Assembly (NCBI GenBank): GCA_004764695.1
Contig: SMSO01000032.1
Span: 62,001 to 126,000, forward strand
DNA from: Schizochytrium sp. TIO01
Lineage: Eukaryota; Protista; Bigyra: Labyrinthulomycetes
DNA length: 64,000 nt
Direction of reading: 5' to 3'
Shown here piece by piece: positions 1 through 8,209 of this stretch. Made by a program: the position numbers and the translations under genes. The notes below the pieces were generated by a model. It searched no databases and was not told where the DNA came from. It worked only from the letters and a program-made list of their open reading frames with translations. Position 1 is the first letter of the stretch, and every line of letters begins with the position of its first letter.

Positions 1-898
1 ATTTAAGAAACACAACCCAAGTCTTGCGTTCGTATGCGTAGACCACAAGACACATATAATATGTCCCGTCTGGTACAGCGTACATATTGGTATTCATTCA
101 ATCTTTTGTAGGTATACATACGAGTTGAAGCACTTTGTATGGGACTACGTGCAAGGACTGAAACTCGACATTAACAGCCCAAATCATCGCTGCAAGTATC
201 CAATCCAACATACGAATACCTCATGCTAGTATGCTTTGTGCGTCAGATTGCGAATGTGGCGCTCGATGCTTGGCATGTAGTACTTCTACAAAGCAGCCAC
301 GCTGTACTTCCCTCAAGCTGAGTTTTAAAACCTGAGTAAGATCGAACGACATTGAGTCTAGAAAGATCTTATCATAGAAGAAGATGATGAAGTATTGACA
401 TAGCTTTGATTAATTTGAGTACTTGTCCATGCATCGCACCTACTTCGGAAGCGTGCATAATAGAAACGCGTATTATTTCAGCCCAAATTGTAGTCTACGT
501 TCGAAGTTCCTATCTTTTGAAAGTTCAACGAACAGACCCAGCCAAGAAAAAGTGACTATAGCCCGCATATCTAATTTTGAGACGCTTTTCATTGAATAAT
601 TAAGGAGCTGATAGTCATACTTTCGTTCGCTATTCCTTTGCTTGGAAACGTATGTTTGCGCTGTCAAATAGAACTCAGAAAAAAGGTCAGCATCTGCATG
701 TGCGAACGGCAAGCAAAAGCAATATCGAATGTGACAATTCGAAAATAAAAGTTGAAGATTGTCTCCTCACTCATATAAGTATTTACTTTCGACAGCTGAG
801 GACAAACACGCAAAAGCAAGAGTTTCATGGATAACAGCAAATACAAAGCTTACAGCCCTAGCCTCTAAAAGGACGAGGCGCCAATTCATTGGCCAATC

Positions 899-3800
899 AT
901 GAAAGCACAGCTTTGCATAGTTTTCCTCTTTCTCTTCATCAAAGTGTCTTTTGCAGACTTCTTGGCAGACTATCTTAATGACAAGACATTTGGCATTGAT
1001 CCAGGACCATGCCCGGGGCCATCCAAGAATGGCGATGTCTGTGTCGGACAGTGGGACAATTTACCCCCCCAAGCAAAAGAAATGCGAATTTGCTTGAGCA
1101 ACACGGATGACACATTTTGCGGCAAACTTGGAGATTTAATCATGAATGGAACTTTCACCATTTGGCAGCTTCAATGCAAAGACGTCTCCATCGCTGACAT
1201 TGCAATTACGTACCAGAAAACGAATGCCAATAGGCTACTGAACGCAACAGTGGATGCTTCGGATGTTCGTTTGGATTGCTCTGGTTGGGTTCGAATTCAA
1301 GATCTTGTGATTACAATAGCCGGCCTATCGCTCATTGTGACATTTGAGGGGCAATTTACACTTGATCAAACAGATCTTGCAGATGGCATTTCATTGAACT
1401 TAGGCGTTCAGTTTCAAACAAGTTCTACAACTTCGTTCAACACAGATCTTCCAGAACAGCTTTTAATTCCATACGACGAATGCCGCCTGGACCCCAATCT
1501 TGGTCTTGAACTAAAAACAGGGGAAGAAGGCATTGAGAATCTCAAAGTCTGCCTTGGCACAGTGAATGACTGTGGTTTTGACATTGGCTTCCTTCTTGGC
1601 TCTGGCGCCTCCGATATTGTTATGACTGTGATCATTAGCATAGCAGAAGCTGTGATGAGTGGGGTAGTCTGCCAACTGCTGGAGGAAGCTGCTGTGCTAA
1701 GCGAGACAAACTCTCCAGGTCCACTCACTCAGGTTATGCTGGATATCAAAGCTCAAATTGATACATGGGGGTTAGCACAGGGGGAGAACGTTGCTGAGGC
1801 TGACCAAGACGCTCACATCTTAGCTACGTCACCCTACACAATGATCACACAAGCCGAGCTTGACGTGGCAATTGATTTCAACTCCAGTGCAGTAGTGGAA
1901 GCTGTGTCTGTCGCACTGAATGGATGGTTAGGTACTGCAAGTGAACAGCCCAAATACCACTCCAAACCTGTCGTGAACGAGTTGGTTGATCTCCTTACTG
2001 ATCCCAAAGGGTCCATGTATGTTGATCTAGAAGCCCTTGATGCTTCACCTGAAGTACTTTTCCCTCTCGATGTTACCAATGCCACCGTTGAGTTCGAGTA
2101 TGTTCAACTTGTAGGACTTAGTAATATCTCTACTTTTGAAATCCTTGATGTGGGAACTGACATTGCACTCGCTGATAGGTATCGCCGTACCTTTAACAAC
2201 ACAATTGAAATCGACGAAATTTACCTCTTCGTTCGAACCTTTCTTCGTCTTGAGCGCGGTGATTGGGTGACCGAGTCTTGTAAGTATCCATCAGGGACCT
2301 GCACCAGTGATGCAAGCGAGTTTACATTTACCTTCCAAGTCACTGTTCGTAATGTCTCACTCGAAGCAAGCGTCCTCGCCGTCATCGACCCGTCTCAAAT
2401 CTCTGACTTACAGATTGGTCAACTCTTCGATATTGACTATCAGAGTGAGCCTATCGGAGCATTCTCTAATGCGATTCGCTGCATTTCTCCAGCAGCTTAT
2501 GCCTTAAATGTGACAAATTTACGAGCAAGTGTAGGTGAAATTGATGATCCCAAGCTAACCGACTTTGATGGGGATGGACTCTCCGAATTTATAACTGAGA
2601 CAATCGAGCTTGGTACAGATCTCGCCAAGGGGGCACTAAGCACAAAGTTTCCTGGCATTGCGAATGGCCCAATTCGAGAGCTCATTAATGAAGTTCTCCT
2701 AGAAAACGTCACAGTCTTCGGACGTGACGCATCAACGGTCTGCGACGCATGGCAAGGTTCTAGTACAAGCAATGGAATTAACATGGAAACTGTTGATTTC
2801 CAAGGGCAGTTATTCTCTCCAGTATATGCTCTTGTAAATGAAGGCGTAGGAGGCAATCCAATCCTTGATACAGAAGTAGATCTCAATGATCTTATCCTTA
2901 CTCTTCTCGAATACAATGAAGACACATACGCTGATTTTCCTTTTACACGTCAGGACGAGCCCGAAGGATCGTGGAGACTTAAACCTGAATATGATAGCGC
3001 TAGCACACTTACGGCTTTCGAGACAGATGACTATCTATCCTTCACCTCGCTCACTTTTGGGAATGTAGATTCTTTATACAAGTTACTTTTAGCTTCAACA
3101 GAGACTGGAGGACTCCTTGTGGACTTTGGGATTGGTGGTTCACTTGCGTTCGCCAATGGCAGTGGGATAGAAGCGGAAAGACCGTTTACCATGTCGGTTG
3201 ATTTCGAAGCTAATATTGAGACCAGAGGTATTCTTGAAGAGGCTGAGCTCGAACTCATTTTCCACCAGCTCGACTTTTCAATGGAGCTCACTACACTGGC
3301 GTACAGTCCTGACTTCTTCTATGGGCTAACCTTTTCACAACTACAATACGCCCCGTGTCTTATGGCCATTGTTCGTCAAGTTGAATTCCGTGATGCAGCA
3401 CGTAAAGCTGCAGTCAAATCGCTAAGCTTCAAGGTTACACCCTTATTCTCAGCATCTACAAACCCTGACAATAAGGTTTCCGAAGCCTTGAATCTACTTG
3501 CCACAGAACAGCCCGAGCAGCGAGCCGAAGCACTGGTTAATACTCTTTTGGATGCTAGCTTTGACGCCATCCTAAATACCATTGAATACATACCTGATAA
3601 TCTTGGAGAGATAGTAGTTACTGTGTGCGAAGCTTCAGAGTCTCTTGCAGACATTCTCGACAATATACCGCTGGGCAATTTCTTTCCAAACTTTACAGAA
3701 ATCATCGATGAATGCACAGGCGATATTGTCCCTCTGCCAACGATTTTAGAAGCAGAACGCTTCGTCTTTCCAGAAGACTACCCTAGCACTGTTATTAATG

Positions 3801-6800
3801 TGCAAGAGTCGGCAACACTGCAATTAATTCGCCAAGGCTTACAGGTTCTAAAGGGAGACACCCTTGAAGCAGTTTTAACAGCCCTTGCGAATTCTTCGGG
3901 TAGCGCTCTTGCAGATCTGTTCGAGCTGGAGAACCCCAACAATCCTGAGGATGGAAATGTGACCCTCGTACTTCCTTTGACAAGCTTGGGCTTAAGCGTA
4001 GATTTAATGGATGAATTTAACCCAGGTTTCAGAGCTGGATTTGATTCCCTCAGCATTGTCGGTTTCAGTCGATTGCTAAAATCCTTCAATCTTCTTGAAC
4101 CTGTTGGGAGCCTGACTACTCGAAGCCGAGTGAGCTTTCAAGATAGTGACCCAGTGGAGATTGTTTTTGCAACATCGTTAGAACTTGATGGGTCGGCCGT
4201 TGGTGAAGCTGCAGGCACTATAGTTCGAGAAGAAGTCAATGTCAGTATATTTGTGAGTGACCTTGAACTTATTGTTGACGTTGTCAGTGCTCTCAATAGC
4301 GAATTTCTAGAAAATCTTACGTTTTCACAACTTCTAAGCATTGATGCGTCTCAGAGTTTCTCCTTGGGTGATCATTTCATGGGTTGCCTCTTTGCCGCAG
4401 TCTATGATGATGGCCTTTTTATACGAAGTTTAGAGCTTACACTAGGAGAATTGGGCGGGGTCAGCCTGGTTTCTTCACGTGAAATTTTAAGTGAAGGCAT
4501 GGAAAAGTTGGTGGATGCCATTGTGGATATATCCACGTATTTCTACGCTGAGGTGGCCACAAACATCTTCCAAAATTGTGTTCGTGAATACATAAACTCG
4601 ATCATAAGTGCCGCCATGGGTCTTTCATCGTGCCCTGAAGCCAGCAGCATTTCGCCCCCACCCCTTAGTGGCGACGAGCGCATCCTTCGCTTCTCGACAT
4701 GGGATGCTTTGACCAGTGTTTCGTCATTTTGGTTTGATACCATAGTACCTGAGAAGTATGCTTCCGTAAATGCTGCTGTGAATGCAGCATTCAACAACCT
4801 GGTATTTTTTAACACAGAAGCATCAATCGGTGATCAGTCTTTCTCCATGAGCATACCGCTAGTCTACAATAGTATAAAATATGGTACTGTAGACTTGGGT
4901 ATTGCAGATGTCACAATTACGAACCTAGGTAGTTTTAGTGATCTGCGTTTGGCAGTTCCATTCAATAGTATTGGGGAACCAATGTTCAGGGTCGCTGCTG
5001 CGTCAAGTACTCGTCTACTTGCTTCTCCTAATGAGAGAAGCTCAGACTCATTTGAATACATCACACAGACAAACATTCTCATCGATGGGCCGTTGGAGAT
5101 TAATGGAAAGTTTTCGTTGAATGCTACAGACCTCTTTCGCGACTACCCGAACATGGTAAACCAACTTGATATTACACTAGCTGTCTCTGACATTGAATTA
5201 GGTCTAAGACTACTCTTAGAGATTGATCTTGTTGATCTCATGGGTGTGCAATTTAAGAGTTTTGGATCTATCAGCGAAATTCCATGCGCCTTAGTTCCAG
5301 TAAAAGCGCTGCAGCCTTTAGATTTCAATCTATCTACAAGAGACATTACAATAACGGTGGGGTGTGCAGGCGAGTGTGATTTCCCGCTCATCAACTATCT
5401 GGAAGATGGCAGTGTTTTTACAAATGAGAATGGAGACACGATCAGTGAACTGTTTGACGAATTCGTGGAATACGTAAATGGGTATCTGGTGACCCAAGGT
5501 GCACAAGAGTTGATCAATATAGCCATCTCTCAGGCTGAACAAAACTGTGCTGCGATTACAGAGATCGCAGAGGACCTGTTGACATTTGACGAAATACAGA
5601 AGAACGACATGGCTTCTTTGTTCGCATACATCTTTTTGGGTGGGTGTGGCGTAGCTGGCATAGTAGCTTTGGCTTTGGTACCTCTTCACCGTCTTCGTGA
5701 GAGACGACAGGTTGCAAAACACTTGACTGGGGAACTTCCAGCAAGTAGCCATGGCAACGCAAATTTAGCATCTGACATGGGTCTTTTGGAGCTTCGTATG
5801 AAAAGTCTCTTTCAGCATCCCGCCACGCCACTGGTAGCGCGGTATTTTATTCCATTTGTGCAAATCATGAATGTGGTAGGGTTAGTGATTGCAATCGGTT
5901 TCTCTGATGCAGCTAATATCACAATGTCACTTACCATTTTTGGAGCACAAACAGAGACTGTAGCACTGGTTCCCTTTACGTTGTTCTCAACGATCAATGA
6001 TACATGGAATTCTGGTGCCTGGCCACTTGCTCTTCTCATTACTGTGGCTTCATGTATGTGGCCCATCGTGAAAAACCTGGCACTCCTCTTCCTATGGTTC
6101 GCACCAAGTACAATTGTGAGTGCAGCAAGACGCCGTGCGATTCTAGAGTACCTTGACATGCTGGGCAAGTGGTCATTTCTGGACGTGTTTGTCATTGTAA
6201 TAACTCTGGCAGCGCTGCGTAACTATGTGGTAGGGGCCTACTATGCAAACCTATCGTTTCTTGACACAGATGTTCTCATTACAGACGTGAATGTCACACC
6301 TGAAAATGGTCTTACCCTCTTGTGTTTTGTTGCAGCATTGTCTTTGATCATCAACCATATCGTGCTAGTCATACATGACAAAATTGATACCTCCAATCGT
6401 CTATGCGAGGCACGCGCGACAGGTCGCGAAAAGGCAATGCAAAGTACTCCAGCAATTGCAATGGACAAATTGAGAATTATATCTTATAAATTTGTAGGTA
6501 CTACAAGAACAGGTCAAGTTCGTGCCGTAGATTTTCGTATGGCCAAAGGGCTTGTCTTCCTGCTGCTGCTATCCTTTTCTCTTATTTGTGCAGGTATATC
6601 AGTACCGCTGATTACATTTGAACTTCGAGGCCTCCTTGGTTTGCTTTTGGAAGTGATCTCCAAAGACTCTCCTGTGCTTGGCTCTCAATTAAACATCAAG
6701 ACATACTCTGTCCTTGGAATGGGTCGTGTTTTAGGCGAATCAGCCACAGACACGACATGGGAAACAGCAGTGATTGGATTTTTCAAGACAATGTTTGCCA

Positions 6801-7594
6801 TATCTGTATATGTAGCTCCTCTTCTGCTTCTAGCGATGCTTGCAATTCTATTCCTTCTTCCAATGAATCTGAATATGAGCAAGTCAGTCTTTTTTTGGAC
6901 AAAGATCAATTCATATTGGTCTGGCTTGGAGATTTTTCTAGTAGCTATAATTCTTGGATTGCTAGAACTCGGTATCGTGACACAGTTTATCACTGATTTT
7001 ATCACAGATGATACTTGCTCACAAATCAAAGCGGCCATTGAGCTTGCGGTGTCAGATCCAGAGAAAGATGGCGTGTGTTTCACAATCCATTCATACTTGG
7101 AACCTACTAGTGTGCTTCTTTTCATGGGTCTCAGTTTTCAACTTGTTGCCTTTTACATAATCACCGTCATTTCGTCTACGGTGATTGCAGATCGGAACTA
7201 CGCAGCGTACCGGAACATTCATAATGATGCAAAACCAAAACGTATGAGTATGCTCAATCGCTGGTTGCTGCAAAAGTTTACAAGCCTAGAAGTAGCTCCG
7301 GATGCCCGCCAGTCTCATGGGCGAGGCCCAGCTCCAGTACAAGGACCATTTACATTGCTGGAAGAAGCTGGAGCAGATGCAGTAAGCAAAGACTTTGCTG
7401 ACCCAGTTTTCTCATGTCCATGCCACCCACGTACTATTTACAAGTTATGTTGCGATTTTGAAGCTGGTCAGCGAAAAGCAGAGGCCCGTATTGACGCCTG
7501 GCATGCACGAATTGATGCCCTGAGCGACTCGCGGGTCCAAGATAGTAATTTGTCAAAAACTCAACATATTGAGCGATCACCTTTTCCTTTGTGA
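899..7594 (+). CDS. Large membrane protein: signal peptide, ~5 BPI/LBP (TULIP)-like extracellular modules, TM helix, two PqiA/LetA (paraquat-inducible protein A) domains
   Basis: 2231-aa ORF. N-terminal signal MKAQLCIVFLFLFIKVSFA. PqiA motifs FSTINDTWNSGAWPLALLITVASCMWPIVK...LGKWSFLDVFVIVI, and a second copy TYSVLGMG...VAPLLLL...YWSGLEIFLVAII. The acidic, beta-rich ectodomain has ~300-aa internal repeats. Confidence 0.85.
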   Translation: MKAQLCIVFLFLFIKVSFADFLADYLNDKTFGIDPGPCPGPSKNGDVCVGQWDNLPPQAKEMRICLSNTDDTFCGKLGDLIMNGTFTIWQLQCKDVSIADIAITYQKTNANRLLNATVDASDVRLDCSGWVRIQDLVITIAGLSLIVTFEGQFTLDQTDLADGISLNLGVQFQTSSTTSFNTDLPEQLLIPYDECRLDPNLGLELKTGEEGIENLKVCLGTVNDCGFDIGFLLGSGASDIVMTVIISIAEAVMSGVVCQLLEEAAVLSETNSPGPLTQVMLDIKAQIDTWGLAQGENVAEADQDAHILATSPYTMITQAELDVAIDFNSSAVVEAVSVALNGWLGTASEQPKYHSKPVVNELVDLLTDPKGSMYVDLEALDASPEVLFPLDVTNATVEFEYVQLVGLSNISTFEILDVGTDIALADRYRRTFNNTIEIDEIYLFVRTFLRLERGDWVTESCKYPSGTCTSDASEFTFTFQVTVRNVSLEASVLAVIDPSQISDLQIGQLFDIDYQSEPIGAFSNAIRCISPAAYALNVTNLRASVGEIDDPKLTDFDGDGLSEFITETIELGTDLAKGALSTKFPGIANGPIRELINEVLLENVTVFGRDASTVCDAWQGSSTSNGINMETVDFQGQLFSPVYALVNEGVGGNPILDTEVDLNDLILTLLEYNEDTYADFPFTRQDEPEGSWRLKPEYDSASTLTAFETDDYLSFTSLTFGNVDSLYKLLLASTETGGLLVDFGIGGSLAFANGSGIEAERPFTMSVDFEANIETRGILEEAELELIFHQLDFSMELTTLAYSPDFFYGLTFSQLQYAPCLMAIVRQVEFRDAARKAAVKSLSFKVTPLFSASTNPDNKVSEALNLLATEQPEQRAEALVNTLLDASFDAILNTIEYIPDNLGEIVVTVCEASESLADILDNIPLGNFFPNFTEIIDECTGDIVPLPTILEAERFVFPEDYPSTVINVQESATLQLIRQGLQVLKGDTLEAVLTALANSSGSALADLFELENPNNPEDGNVTLVLPLTSLGLSVDLMDEFNPGFRAGFDSLSIVGFSRLLKSFNLLEPVGSLTTRSRVSFQDSDPVEIVFATSLELDGSAVGEAAGTIVREEVNVSIFVSDLELIVDVVSALNSEFLENLTFSQLLSIDASQSFSLGDHFMGCLFAAVYDDGLFIRSLELTLGELGGVSLVSSREILSEGMEKLVDAIVDISTYFYAEVATNIFQNCVREYINSIISAAMGLSSCPEASSISPPPLSGDERILRFSTWDALTSVSSFWFDTIVPEKYASVNAAVNAAFNNLVFFNTEASIGDQSFSMSIPLVYNSIKYGTVDLGIADVTITNLGSFSDLRLAVPFNSIGEPMFRVAAASSTRLLASPNERSSDSFEYITQTNILIDGPLEINGKFSLNATDLFRDYPNMVNQLDITLAVSDIELGLRLLLEIDLVDLMGVQFKSFGSISEIPCALVPVKALQPLDFNLSTRDITITVGCAGECDFPLINYLEDGSVFTNENGDTISELFDEFVEYVNGYLVTQGAQELINIAISQAEQNCAAITEIAEDLLTFDEIQKNDMASLFAYIFLGGCGVAGIVALALVPLHRLRERRQVAKHLTGELPASSHGNANLASDMGLLELRMKSLFQHPATPLVARYFIPFVQIMNVVGLVIAIGFSDAANITMSLTIFGAQTETVALVPFTLFSTINDTWNSGAWPLALLITVASCMWPIVKNLALLFLWFAPSTIVSAARRRAILEYLDMLGKWSFLDVFVIVITLAALRNYVVGAYYANLSFLDTDVLITDVNVTPENGLTLLCFVAALSLIINHIVLVIHDKIDTSNRLCEARATGREKAMQSTPAIAMDKLRIISYKFVGTTRTGQVRAVDFRMAKGLVFLLLLSFSLICAGISVPLITFELRGLLGLLLEVISKDSPVLGSQLNIKTYSVLGMGRVLGESATDTTWETAVIGFFKTMFAISVYVAPLLLLAMLAILFLLPMNLNMSKSVFFWTKINSYWSGLEIFLVAIILGLLELGIVTQFITDFITDDTCSQIKAAIELAVSDPEKDGVCFTIHSYLEPTSVLLFMGLSFQLVAFYIITVISSTVIADRNYAAYRNIHNDAKPKRMSMLNRWLLQKFTSLEVAPDARQSHGRGPAPVQGPFTLLEEAGADAVSKDFADPVFSCPCHPRTIYKLCCDFEAGQRKAEARIDAWHARIDALSDSRVQDSNLSKTQHIERSPFPL

Positions 7595-8209
7595 AGAAAG
7601 CGTCTTGGCTTCATGTCCAGTAAGAGAAGGAACTACCTGAAATGAACAGTTAGGAATCGTAGCAGGGTCAAGGTCGGAAAGCTCTATCGTATGGTCATGC
7701 GGGCGGAACCTTAAATTCTATTCTCTTCAAGCAGCATATAAGTCCTGCGCTCAGGCTTTCTTTTTTCTCAAAAAATAAAAATTAAAATAATTTTTTTGTC
7801 TCTTGAACCAGTGGCATGAGAAATCAGCGCATAAGCCCCTCGGAAAATTATCTCCACGACAAGTTTTATTAGGAAACAAATGGGTGATTCTTGCCACGAG
7901 AAAGAAATTCAGGTGGGGGCAAAGGCAGACAGGCATGCAAAGCAGTAGAACAAAAGTGATTATCCAGGGCATACGCTTAAATACTTTGACTTTTGCAGCA
8001 ACTCAATGCTTCGTTAGAATACGAATTACCTCAATTTTAAAAGTATCATTATTTCATCATCGCCAATAACAACCTAGACAATAATGAGAGGAAAGAAAAG
8101 GAATGTTCGCGAGGAGGAGAATTGCATTACTCGCAAACACCAATAATTAAGAGAGAGAGAGGAAGAAAGCAAAATAAGGAAAACGGTGGACTTCCTGTAA
8201 GTATATGAA

